Positions 42,925-55,919 of a DNA stretch of 64,000 nt are shown piece after piece; the stretch's first letter is position 1, and each line of letters starts with the position of its first letter. Source of the DNA: the human T2T-CHM13v2.0 reference genome, Homo sapiens; NCBI RefSeq assembly GCF_009914755.1, contig NC_060939.1; one strand, given 5' to 3'. The notes beneath the pieces are model-generated. The model ran no database searches and was not told the DNA's origin. It saw nothing but the letters and a program-made list of their open reading frames with translations. Made by a program: the position numbers and the translations under genes.

Positions 42925-43378
42925 GTAAGAACATTGGACAAGGATCTACCTTTGGCTTTGCTGTTTGCCAGTGGTCAGGAAACAGTGTCTCTAAAAGACC
43001 TTCAAAGTAATTATATTTTCCTCTTTGCAATACAAGTACAACAGACCCTTGACACCCTTGAAGGATCCCAGAATATGTGGATTGCCCATGTTTGCATGTA
43101 ATTTCCTATATAATGTGCAGTTCTTTCTCTGCATTTGCATAAAAGTCACTTTTTCTTATTTTCATCAGAAATATATGATGGATTTGTTCATCTCAGCTAT
43201 CACCACATTGATGATTCAATTCTGAAATTATCCAAAATTCTGTTTTCTGCTTATGTGTTACTTCTTTGCCCTCAGCTTTTACTTCATTTCTTTTACCAGC
43301 ACCAATGTTGCATGCTTTTTTCCCCAAGATTACTTTTCAGAAAGGAACACAGTGTGAATGCCTGTGTGTGCATATGTC

Positions 43379-43384
<6 letters not shown>

Positions 43385-43412
<28 letters not shown>
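43385..43412. repeat. (TG)n microsatellite
   Basis: About 14 uninterrupted GT units. Confidence 0.97.
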
Positions 43413-43414
<2 letters not shown>

Positions 43415-45039
43415 GAAATCATTTTAGGAAGGCTAACTAGAGAAGAAGGCCTTGCTTGGCTGACATGTGTAAGCTGAGCACTGGAAGTTGTGATTCCCTT
43501 CCATCCTCAATTCACCTTGATGCCATAATAGCATTTAAGATTATCCATCTTTGAAATCACTCACAACTTGGTGAAACAGAGAGTTTCAACTTTGCCTAAT
43601 GCAAAGCTGGTAAAGCCTGAATTTATGGGGCAGTTGAGCAAACCAGGGTGGACTTTAAGATGATGTAGGGCCTGGGTGGATCTGGCAGACCTCAGCACCT
43701 GTAGGGCCCAAGTGAAGGTGAGGAGCTGGGGCAAGATCACCTTCCCATGGTACGTGATAGAGTGGAGGGAGATGGCCCAGTGACTGAGGCCAGCTGTGCT
43801 CTCCTCAGCTGTATAGCCAAAGGCCAGTGCATCCTGGTTTGATTTAGGTAAAGCCTAGTCAGAGTGCAAAAGACAGTACTCAAAAGGAACAGCTCTGAGA
43901 AATTCAGTCTGCCAACATGGGTAGATCCAAGATGTGACCACAGGGAGTAGGACCCTGTTCTGAGGGCTGGCTGGAGCTAGGCAGAGTGCTGGAGGTGGGC
44001 TGGGAGAAGGATGAAAGTCTTGCAGAGCATCAGTGGCTGATGCAGGACGGAGATTAGAGCATAGAGGGCAGGTAGAGGAGTCTGTTGCTCAGTCCTCTAT
44101 CTCCCAGCTCAGGGGAAGACACTGCACACTCTCCATCCTTGAGGCTGCTGCTCAGTGACCTACCCTTGGTGGGCTTCATTCCAGAGCTGGGACTGGGGTG
44201 AAGGTCAGGGCTGTGACCCTCCAGACCGCTGTGGGCAGGGAGCCACACTGGTCATTGGGGCAAGAGTGGGATGAGACCAATTTCTTACTCAAAATGTCAA
44301 CATTCAATCATATTTTCAAGTTACTTTAAAAGTGAGTGAGTGCATTACTAGTCATTGTGGGGAGCAGGGGTGGGCTGGGGAATAATTCTGTATTTGCACT
44401 GTAGAGCCCAAACATTTGGGCCTGGTTGCTAATAGGGGCTAAAACATCATTAAGTCACTTTCTGCCTTCCCCCTTCCCTTGATGGATTTTGAGAGGGTCT
44501 ATAATTTATAGCTCCTTTTAATCCAGAAATCAATAATCCAACAGGTTTTCATATGAGAACTTCAGAGGAACTAATTGAGAGGGCCGTAAAGGATAAAAGC
44601 GGGTGTCTGGAAAATACCAAGCTATGCATTTTATAATTAAAGAGTGGTTAATGTCTTCTCCAGGTTCCACAGATACTTTATATTTAACATAATAACAATA
44701 TAAAAGCTGGGAAAAGGGGAAAACAAGCCCCTTCAGTCTTTTCAAAAGGTCTAAAGCAGATCTGAAAAGTGTGTGGCATGCTGTGGAAATTTCATCCTAG
44801 GACATAGTGTTCCAGAAAGCCTCAGTGACTAGCATATGAAAACACTCTGTGTTGCCCCCACTGTGTATTTCTTTTAGGAGAAAGGAATAATTTGAGACTA
44901 TAACAAGCCAATAATAGCACCCACTTTCCTCTACTAAAGGCACAGAAAATAGGCGCTTGGACTAAACTAGGTTTATCTATTGAATGAACCTCAGGAATTT
45001 AATCAGCTAGAGACTGTTAACCCACCAACCAAATCCTGA

Positions 45040-45382
<343 letters not shown>

Positions 45383-45499
45383 AATCCTCTTTTTTCTTAA
45401 TGCTGAACATGCTTCTCAGGCACTGGGGAAAGGATAAAACCAATCAAATACTATCAAACTTTAAAAAAATCCCCTGATCCTTCAGCATATGACAAAACA

Positions 45500-45740
45500 T
45501 TAAGATCAATTAAGAACAAAGTCTCTGGAGTCAGACTGCTTTGGGTTTGAATTTGATTTGTCAGTTCTGCCATTTGATTTGCTGTTTTACTTTGGACAAG
45601 TTACTTTACTTCCCTGTCCCTTAATTTTCTCATCTATGAAATGGAGATTTGGATGGTATCTACCTTATGTAGGCGTTAATTCATGTCTCCCTGCATAGGG
45701 CCTGGTACATATAAGCATTTAATTTAGCTATTGTTATTAC
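45500..45740 (+). mobile_element. MIR SINE
   Basis: CTCTGGAGTCAGACTGC...TTGGACAAGTTACTTTAC...TTTTCTCATCTATGAAATGGAG. Confidence 0.8.
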
Positions 45741-45849
45741 TAAGAATGTTGTTTGCAAACACTCAATTCAAAGAATCTCAGATATGCTTATGCTAAAAGA
45801 AAGGAAGAAGTTAATTCTTACTTTAGGAGATCTCATGCAATATTTTCAA

Positions 45850-46195
45850 TTAATTTTTTATTGAGCTATAACATATGTAAGTAAAACGCATACATATCTG
45901 AAGTATAGAGCTTGATGAATTTTTAAGTATTTTTACACCTGTGTAGTTGCTACCTAGATCAAGAAAATGAACATTTCTAGCACCCTAGGAGGCTCCTTGA
46001 ACCTCTTTCCGATCAATATCCCACATTCAAGAAGTAACCACCATTCAGACTTTTATCAGTATTACAGATTCATTTTGCCTGCTTTTAATTTTATTTTTGA
46101 TTTTATATAAATGGAATCATACACCACATACTCGTTTGTGTCTGGCTTCTTTCACACATCATTATGTCTGAGAGATTCAACCCAGTTGCTGGATC
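45850..46195 (-). mobile_element. Old L1M 3' end
   Basis: TTTTATTGAGCTATAAC...TATATAAATGGAATCATAC...TTTGTGTCTGGCTTCTTTC. Confidence 0.75.
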
Positions 46196-46959
46196 CAACA
46201 TAATATAGGGTTTAATGTCTAGCAGCCAGTTGTACTCTTTGGAACAAATTGTCTCATGTTGGAACAAATTGCAGCATACTGGGTGGCATGCAGCATTACT
46301 CTTGCACAGAAATTCCCAGGTTGTCCCTAAAAGGTTTTCAGAGCAGTCTCTCCAAAGATTTCATACCTGGGGAAATGGTGGGGACAGTTTTCCAGTGTAG
46401 CCTTTGTTATATGCCAGCAGCCACCGGCATTCCACAGCCAGAAGTAGGTACAGGGTCTGTGTGAGTGGCTGCCAGGGCAGAACCTGTGTCAGGTGGCATG
46501 GGTACCTACCTGTGGAATCTCCATATATATATGCCAGGGGTGCTGTCCTGCTGTCACAGTGGCTTGAAGCCAGAGTGACAAAGTACTTATGCAATTGAGG
46601 CTGCAGCCTAGTTTCTAATGCTGTTGGGTCAGATGTGGGTTCACTAGGATCTTCCTACCTATAGAGTACTCATTTGATAAAATGGGATGCAAATGGATGG
46701 TGTGTAGATATTTGCTGTCTTGGATGAACCTCACAGGACTTTTTAAAGTGTTTTATCCTGGGCGCATTTCATGAAGACCTTCAGGTCATTCTTCAAATGT
46801 CTCCTGGGTTAGATGCCTGGAAAACTAATAACCCTGAGGCCAGTAACACATAGCTGTGATGTAGGCTGCATTTAATGGGAGGCGTAAAAGCCACATTATG
46901 GATCATACGGAGGGCCGCGGCAGCTTCTAGTGAAGAAAGTGGTCTGAAGCCAACTGAGT

Positions 46960-47390
46960 AACAATGTGGTTTAGTGCAAACAGGACTAGTCAGGCAGCCT
47001 GGTCTTGCTTCTACCACTAATCAGCTTATAATCTAACAGAACTATTTAACGTTTTGGACTTTGGATTCTTTATTTCTTTTAAAAAACAAAGTGACTGGAT
47101 TTCATGATCTGAACTCTTTCCACTCTAAAATAGTCTGAAACTACAAATAGAATATTCCACGTTGCAGAGTGTTAATTGGATCATTCTGATTATTGAGGCA
47201 GTCTTGCCAGCAATTCGGTAAACTATTACTTAGAGAATTATACAGTTTTACAGCTGGTGGAGACTTTGGCCCAAGTGCCTCATTCTACAAGTCAAGAAAA
47301 CAGAGACGCCAAATGTGCAAATGACTTACTCAAGGACACCCGTGGTTATTTGAAAAACTAAGACCATTACACTCCAAACCCAAGGCTCTC
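46960..47390. mobile_element. Two diverged MIR fragments in opposite orientations
   Basis: TGTGGTTTAGTGCAAACAGGAC… and CCTCATTCTACAAGTCAAGAAAACAGAGAC. Confidence 0.55.
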
Positions 47391-50300
47391 CTGCTCTGAG
47401 ATATATCCAGGAGCTTCTCTCAGAAGAACCACCTAGAAAATTATCTCCTATCCTAAAAATCCTGATTCCACTGTTTACAGTTAGTAGAGCTTTGGGGATC
47501 TTAATAGACCCCAGAGATTAAGATTAAGATTAATGGATGCCTTATCAGCTCATTCTCATCTCCTTCAGGAATTTGGAATTAGCTATGTGGAGAACATTCA
47601 TAAGCATATTTATTCCTTTCCAGTTTTTAATAGAAGCCACAATTTTTTTTTGAAGCTTGAGTGAAACATTAACTGAAATTAAAATGGCACTGACTTTCTA
47701 TTGGATGGGCACATTCTTAGAATAAAGGTGTTCTAGCACTTGGTTGCATCAGGTACATGAAGTAGCTAGAATGTATTAGTTTGGGACGACTGGCTAAGAA
47801 GGCTGTGGTTTCAGTTACTAGCCAGCCTGTCTCTGGGGTAGATTCTTTGGTCATTCCTCATAGTGGTTTTGGAGTTTTGTCCCATAGAGGACCTGTTCAT
47901 AGGCAAACAGCTGGATATTGGTCACTGCACATGGTTCTTTTCATCGCTGAGTAAGTCAGTTTTTGGAGATCTGCTCTGTCTTTCTCTGCCTAGATCACCT
48001 TCTGGGAAAGGGGGATGGTGTGGTTGTTTTCCATCCTTACCTTGCTTCAACTCACTGAAGATTTAAACTTGGAGCTTTATTATGGTCACTGAAAGCCTGT
48101 GACAAGCACAGTGTTTCTCAGTTAGAGGTCATTTATTTTTTAAGGAGTTAGGAAAAGTTGTTTTTTGCATAAATATTCTTTTATTTCTCTTTATTTTTAG
48201 CATTTGTTAGGCATGGGGGAAGGTGGAAGGTGTGTCCTCCCAGACTTGGTGGATTTGCTGTAATGTGCTTCCTCCTCACTGGCAGCCATCGTAGGATAAA
48301 GGACATTAAGCACGAGCAGTAGGTGACTTAGAAATTGGGCCTCATGCACACTTTCCTATGTTTTATGAATTCTTTATGTGTGTACCTGTTAATATTAATA
48401 TAGGGTATTAAAATAATGCTGACCTTGCCACTTTTAGTCTACTAGGCACCAAAAGGCAGGAAAAAAGGTTAATACCTTGGATTCCAAGCATGTAGGACAA
48501 GTAGTGGGTTTTGATTTTCCTAAAATTAACCAAGGATAATCCCACTAATGCAAGCTCGAAGCCATTTAGAGAACTACCTTGATCTCATGTTGGAGAGGTC
48601 CTTTTATACCTATTCATACCAGGCCATCCCTTCTCCCTGGTAAACTTCCTGCTCCTCTGCCCTTGACTAATTTAGCGTTTGCTGTGTCTCTTCCTGACCA
48701 CATTTAAGAGGATTTGAGATTTTTTTCCAGACTTAAAAATGCTTTTGCCTGTACTCTCATCTACCATTGCTTTCAGTGACCACTTGGTTTTCAAATTCTT
48801 ACTGTCTCTTGCTGCTTTCTGCTACTCATTCTGCTACTCATTTTTAACCTTTAAAATCTAACTTCTTCTATGTCCTCCAACCTCCCTCCCCCCACCACCT
48901 TCAACAGGCATCCTTTTTAAGAATTTCAGTTACTTTCTTCAAGTCACACCTATATTCTGGTATGAATCAGCCTATATTTGTAAAAGTCTGTGTTGGTACA
49001 ATTCCATGTTTGTAAAGTCCTAAGGCCTTAATGACATCATAGGTGAAGTCATAGTTGACTCTTCTCTTTCCTTCCTGGGATGTCATTGGCTGCCTATTTG
49101 TATGATTCCTTGTTTCAATATGCCTCTCTAAATTGTATTTTCTTTACTGTTTCCATCCCAAAGGAGGCAGAGGGCTGGATGTGCAGCCTTGGTAGCATCT
49201 GGAATTGTATTAATAGCATGTCAGAGTTGAAAGAAAGTATAGGATTCTGGCTTTTCAGGTGAGGAATCTGAGCCCCGGAGAGGAACAGTGTCTTGTCCAA
49301 GATCACACAGCCAGGCAGTAGCAAAGCCAAGTGCCCGTTCTTTGCCCTTAAGCTCAGTTAAGACATTTTTACATCTAATCTGTGGGCAGGAAAAGTATGA
49401 GAGAAATGTTTGAATGAATTTTTAATACTAATAATAACAATAATATATTAATAATGAAGTCTGTGTAGTCTTATTTCTAAACTTCTTTTAAATGCCTTTT
49501 TTCTTATACTATTATGATAAACATAATTTTCCTTTTCCTCATTTAACTATTGATTTATGCATTCTTTCTAAAGAGGAGAAATCTATTTGCTGTGAGTACA
49601 TCTCTCTCAAAGTAACTTCTTCCGAACTTTTCATGAATATCTTGGCCAGGAGTTTCAATGTGGTTAAACTATTGGCAGCCCTCAGAAATATCACTTGACG
49701 TTTCCAAGTTATTTATGTAATCGTTTTTAGTTGGAAAGTATATACCAACTTCTGAAATTTCTGGTGAAAGAAGACGGACATAGCCCATGGGTCTACTGGG
49801 TATTTTCATCTTCTTCACTGACCAAAATGAGCAACTTATATGTTCTCCACATAGGAGAGTTTCTGTGTTGTTTCTGGCCTGTGTGTATAATATTTTTAAG
49901 CAGCAAGCCATTTGAGTTTGAATAGTTCATTCCTTTGCTAGTAAGTAATCTCGGTCAAATGTAGTTATGCTGCTTAAATATTCCAAGATTTAGCGATCTA
50001 ACAAGAAAGCAAGCTCATGGTCTGTTAAGAGAAGACAAGAACAAATTAGTTGGAATAACTTGTACTGTGTTCACAGTTCATGCGTGTAGCAAATGCATGA
50101 ATACTGCACATGCAACTGTACATGCTGTTCTGATTGACTGTGTCACACATGAACTCTGAATTTCATTATCATTGAGCTTTTTCACAAATCATGAAAGCAT
50201 AAAAGAATTGTGTGGGTAGAGATTTAATATCTAGCTTTTGAAGGATGCAGACATTTTCCTCTTTCAGTGTCATCTTCCTAGACTCATATTTGGGGTACTG

Positions 50301-50899
50301 GGTGATTTTTATCACTTACACCCTATGGGTTAAGGGGTGGGTATAGGGTGGGGATGTTCAAGACAGACCCAAATGGATCTTTCCTTAAAAGTCCCTCACT
50401 ACCCTTAAGAACACTGAGAGATAAGTTCTGTTCTGACAGGGCCCTTGCTGCTTACCGTCAGATCATCCTTTCTCTTTGAGATCAGATCAGTCCCTACTCA
50501 CATATCCTCAAAGCCTTCAAGTGCTTTGAGATGAGGTTGTTTTGAGCAACTCAGTTCTGTCACAATCCCTGGATGAAAGAAAGCAAGTAGACTTTCCTCT
50601 CCACCATCTCCTCTCTTCAGTGGCCTTTTATGACTTGCTTTTCTGTTCTTCCTCCTGTTTTATCCTTTGTTTATTGATTTCCCCTTCCCAGTGCTTTCCA
50701 TCGTCCCCTCATGGTCAACAGGACCCCATGTCCTGAATTCCAACTTTCTGCTGCAACTGAAAACTGGCCTTGGCCAGGCTCACTGCCTCTCTTGCAGGCC
50801 TCACCAGTGGAGGCTGCTCATACCTCACAACCCAAGTGCTACACGGCTAAGGTGGGGGGTTGACCTTCTTTGAGTCCCTACTGCTACTTCCTGGCTAGT

Positions 50900-51720
50900 C
50901 CTCTTCTCTCATCTCAGTGCTCCTCTTTTTTGGAGGCTCATGTCATCTGTCTAAACCACTGATCAGAGCATTCACCAAAACCTTTATGACCTGATCATGA
51001 CTTCCTTCCTTCCAAGGTCATGCCATGATCCGGGGAGTGTTCAAGAATTAACACTTGGAGCAATTTCTGTTGAGCCTCCTGTCCCTGGGGTCAGCAGTGA
51101 TAGCTCAGGGCAGTGACTGATGGCCCTTAAAATTGCCTGTTCCAAGAAACCATTTCAATTGCATTTGTCATTCTGCAAGCTTCAGTCTAACCCTGTCATT
51201 TCTGCATCTCTCTGGCTCCAGTGACCTTCACAGACCTTCCACTTCAGTCACCCATTCCAAGTGTCCAAACTGGACCATATCATTCTTCAAACTACTCTGC
51301 CTTAGAAGTATTAAATCCTGCAGCCTCTCTCTAATCTCAGACCCTTCTCCTTCACCTCCTCCTATGCATGCTTCTACTACATGCATTCCTTTTAATCTCT
51401 AAGAGACAACTAATTCTCTTATCTCTCTACTTCTCCCAGGTGATCAGCCACCTTTCAGCATCTCTAGGTTTCCTACCCACGTGGCCTCTTCTATCAGTGT
51501 CATCCCTCACCTTCTATGCATGATTTTCCTGGCCCACTAGCCTAGTGGAACTTTCTATCAGGTTCTCTACAACTTGGTGTCTTTCTCTGTCTTAGATGGC
51601 CTTCTGAGCTCTGCTAAAGAAGATCGATCAGCCATGAAATACAGCCTCATGTAGTGGGGGAACCCTCAATGTCACCTTTGATCATCTCTAATTCTTTATT
51701 TTGACCGCATTCATCAACCC
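50900..51720 (+). mobile_element. Diverged L2 ORF2-region fragment interrupted by a 124-bp local duplicate
   Basis: CTCCAGTGACCTTCAC...CCACTTCAGTCACCCATTCC resembles L2 internal sequence. Confidence 0.45.
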
Positions 51721-51951
51721 CCTTCTACTAAACATCTCTGCGACTGAATGTGTGTTTTTCTTAAACGAGTGCCAGATTTCTGTTCTGTTGTGGCCTGTCC
51801 TCCTCAGGCATAGTGAAGGGAGTAGATTTTATTAGTGTTTGTGATCTTGAGAAAATGCAGGAAACTGGACTTGCAGGTTTGCTATAAGAATGGGGAGTAA
51901 TGGCAGGTGGAGGACTGGATGGGAACATCTTTTTTTTTTCTCTTATTACAG

Positions 51952-52042
51952 CATAAAACAAATGCATGAATAATGCACATGCAACTGTACATGCTGTTCT
52001 GATTGACTATGTCACATATGAACTCTGAATTTCAAAACAAAG
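51952..52042 (+). other. Candidate cryptic/poison cassette exon (91 nt)
   Basis: CTTTTTTTTTTCTCTTATTACAG| acceptor and AAG|GTAAGT donor; phase-0 stop TGA at 51967-51969. No transcript evidence available. Confidence 0.4.
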
Positions 52043-53051
52043 GTAAGTTAATTTGCTGGCCAGCAAAGAAGGGCCATGCCAGGCAAGAAAAGACTTCGCC
52101 GATTCTCTGCAAGCTGAATTTTGAAGGACCAGATGTAGAAGCAGTAATGGAATTTATTCCCTATCACAAGGGATTTGAGGCATTATGTTTTGATTGGCTT
52201 ATTCAGAAATGTTTCCTTTTGTTTGGCCAATTCTAGCCTACGTCAAAAAAGTGTAGGCACAGTTTGCAAAGAGATTCCTGGTGGGTAAAGGCTCCATGGG
52301 GCTTGAGTCTCTCAGTGGACACCTTTGCCTGCTCATGCTTGGAGTTTTAACACTCTGGAGTGTATTTCTTGGTTCTGGACTTTGGGGAGCTGAGACGTGT
52401 TGAGGGCTCTTCCAGATGGTTGGGAAAATGGCACTGACATATGGATACCTGAGGCCAGGCAGATAAATATCTTGAAAGTATCTGTTGTGTTATTCTCTGT
52501 GTTTAGTTACCTTTGGTAGTACTCTTAATCTGCTTTTTGTGTAAACCTTTTTAGGGTGGCCAACTGTCCTGGCTTTCCTGGCACTGAGACAGTCCCAATT
52601 TCCACCCTATCTTCCAGCTTGGACTTTAATGTCCACTCTTGGGCTGGAGTTCTTCAATGAAACTGGTAGCCTGAGATCAGGATCCTGCTAGCTGTTGTGC
52701 TTGGTGGGACATCCCAAGGGCAAGTGGGGGCACAGGTGTGTAGCTGTTAGGGATGCCCACTGGAACACTGTCTGCATTGCTGTCCAGCACATTTCTAGGC
52801 CAGGTGTTATTGATGAAGCTTGTATGTTTCCTTTCCCTTCAAGTAGCTCTTCAACTGCAGCCTTTGCATAAATTGTCCTGTTTGCTTGGAACATCCCCTC
52901 TGCTTTGTACACACTGTTCCTCCCCCTGCCATCCTCGTCTAACCCTTGTATATCCTTCAGCTCAGTTGTTACTTCCTCAAAGAAGTAAGGCCACCTTCAC
53001 TTACACGCGCAGGTGAGATTAGGTCCACCTGCTTGCTTCCTAGGCCTCCTG

Positions 53052-53350
53052 CTTTCCTTTCTTTCTCTCTCTCCCTTCCTCCCTCCCTCCCTCCCTCCCT
53101 TCCTCCCTTCCTTCCTTCCCTCCTTCCCTCTTTCTTTCTTTTTCTCTCCTTCTCCTTTTCCTTCCTTCCTTGCCTTTTCTCTTTCTTTCTTTCTTTCTTT
53201 CTTTTTCTTTCTCTCTCTTTCTTTCTTCTTTCTTTCTTTCCTTCTCTCTCTCTTTCTTTCTCTCTCTTTCCCTCCCTCCCTTCCTTCCTTCCTTCCTTCC
53301 TTCCTTCCTTCCTTCCTTCCTTCCTTCCTTCCATCCTTCTTTCCTTTCTC
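53052..53350. repeat. ~300-bp polypyrimidine tract (CCCT/CCTT/CTTT units)
   Basis: Almost no purines on the + strand; (CCTT)n block at ~53279-53333. Confidence 0.97.
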
Positions 53351-53944
53351 ATCTTGGAATTTTTTTTCTTATAGCATTTTGACCTCCTGACCCACTGTAA
53401 CCTTCATGGGTTGTAGTGGGAGGGAGTGAGGAGGGAAGAGAAGGTGGGTGTGGTCAAACAGTGCACTCAGTTTGGATTTCTCATGCTAGTCTGGGTGACT
53501 TACTTATCCAAACAACAAACCCTGTGGGGATGCTGCATCATGAACTGTTTCAAGAAAACACAATGCAGGATGTGAGGCTTGGAGCAATTTCTGCTGAGCC
53601 TCATGTCCCTGGGGTCAGCAGTGATAGCTCAGGACAGTGACTGATGGCCCTTAATATTGCCTCTTCCAGGAAACCATTTCAATTACATTCATCATTCTGC
53701 ACATGCACACATGCATGATTATTTTGGACAGGTTTCTGTTTCTAAAAGTTAATAATACATGGCTACATACATGAATACATTTGGATTATGTGGAAATTAA
53801 CATATATAACATACACCTCCCTTCCCAGAGCTGGATTGAACTGATTGGGTACTTTCTCCAAGTCTTCTCTCATCCCCTTTGAGATTCTCTTATTAAGTCC
53901 TTCTCCTCTGCACCCAGCACTGCACATTTCCTCCTTTGTCTTTT

Positions 53945-54400
53945 CCACCAGGCTTTGAGCCCCTAGGGGCAGGGACTATGTCTTCTCATCACTATAGCTC
54001 CAGATTGTACTCTGCAGCCTGGCACACAGTAAATGCACAACGAGCATATATTTGTTGAAGATTATACCCCTTGTCAAAAACCTTACATGGGTCCTTGTTT
54101 CCTCCTCTGAAATAGGCCAACTGCTGACCGGTATTAAAGCCCCTGCACAGCTTGGCCCCAGGTTACCTGTCTTCCCTTATCCCCCATTTCTCTCTGTGTG
54201 CCCTGTGCTCTGGCCAGACTGGACTCCATGCCTTTCCTGTTCTGATATTTTCCTGTGCCAAGGGTGTGCAAAGCTCTTTATTGAATGTCTGTGTTTTCTG
54301 CGATGTCCAGCTTAGTGCCATCTCTTCCAGGTAGTTTTCAGTGAAGTCCTCAGCCTAACAGCGTTTCTTCCTGCTCTTTGAAATAGTCACTCATGTTTGC
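53945..54400 (+). mobile_element. L2 fragments
   Basis: GGGCAGGGACTATGTC...GCCTGGCACACAGTAAATGCAC. Confidence 0.65.
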
Positions 54401-54577
54401 TTATGGCCCTAAGGATTCATCTGGGTTTGTAATTATTGACATGGATGTCTTATCCTGTTGGAGTCAGAACAATCTAGAGTGAGTCTGCATGACTTTTCTG
54501 CAATTCCCATGGACATGGAATAGCTAGATCTACTTCCAGGAGTGACAAGACTTGAAGAAATTCTAATTAAATTTTTA

Positions 54578-54940
<363 letters not shown>

Positions 54941-55000
54941 ATAAATTCTTAAAAAAGTTAATTATTCTTTGTGATAATAAAGAGCCTATCTTTATTTCTT

Positions 55001-55032
55001 TGTGTGTGTGTGTGTGTTGTGTGTGTGTGTGT
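55001..55032. repeat. Interrupted (TG)n microsatellite
   Basis: Read directly from the sequence. Confidence 0.95.
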
Positions 55033-55818
55033 TTGTAATTATTTCTATTTTTCACTCTTTTCCTACAACTATGAGGAAGTAATAGTCTCTTTTCCAAATA
55101 CTGTTAGTCCAAAGGCTTGTTTGTAGAATCAGACTGTTCTTTGTTTTGGACCCTGGCTGCTTGCTTCCAATTCTCAACGCTTTCCACGTGGCAGACCACC
55201 AACAAGGAATAGTATTCCTAGTCCATTTGGATGAATCCTTCTCTTAATCCCTTCCCTCTGGGATTTAATGCTAACAGGGTTTTTAAAATTTACATTTCAA
55301 AATGATTGAGTAAATTTTTCTTTATAATTGGGAAAAGGCAAGATTTTTAACTAAGAATTTTGCTTTTGCGTTAGGTTTACACTGCATTAAGACATATATT
55401 TATCAAATAGAGCTATGATATATTGTAAATATACATTAAATAAAGCTATGCTCTATTTAAAAACCTAATTCTGAACACATGGTTCTCATGAAAAATTATA
55501 ATACCTTGAGTGGAGACTGACATCTGAGCTGATAATAGCAGTAGTTTAAAGGAGTAGTCATTCATTCCATCAATCCCTCAACAAATGTTGATTGAATCTC
55601 TGTAATGTGGCATCATGCTGGGTGTATGATACTGTGATGTGAAATAGAATTGTATCCAAAGTAATTCCTGCAATTTCAATCTTGAAACTAGAGAAGAGGA
55701 GCTTTTTCTTTTTGAAGGCTAAGATTACAGTTGCCCTTTATTAAGCAACCTGCATGTATAAGAACTGTATGAGATATGCCCTGTGCCTTATAATTACAGT
55801 TTACTCTTCTGCTCCTCT

Positions 55819-55914
55819 GTGTTTGCTTCAGCAGCACATATATTAAAATGAACAATACAGAGAAGATTAGCATGGCCTCTGTACAAGGATGATATGAAAT
55901 TTGTGATGAGTTTT
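55819..55914 (+). pseudogene. U6 snRNA retropseudogene
   Basis: GTGTTTGCTTCAGCAGCACATATATTAAAATGAACAATACAGAGAAGATTAGCATGGCC aligns to U6 from nt 1; ACAGAGA box intact, CpGs decayed, 3' end degenerate; no PSE/TATA promoter evident. Confidence 0.93.
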
Positions 55915-55919
55915 AAAAA

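Noticed and set aside
42647-42928. 93-aa ORF overlapping the real exon
   Set aside because: Wrong frame; the splice-bounded frame gives the recognisable ADAMTSL3 peptide.
50090-52034. Duplicated 76-mer as tandem intronic C/D-box snoRNAs
   Set aside because: It has CTGA motifs but no RTGATGA C box or shared terminal stem, and I recognise no rRNA guide.
52946-53390. Arg/Lys/Glu- and Phe/Leu/Ser-rich ORFs
   Set aside because: Artefacts of the polypyrimidine repeat.
55819-55914. Functional U6 gene
   Set aside because: Multiple substitutions, a degenerate 3' end and no upstream Pol III promoter elements evident.
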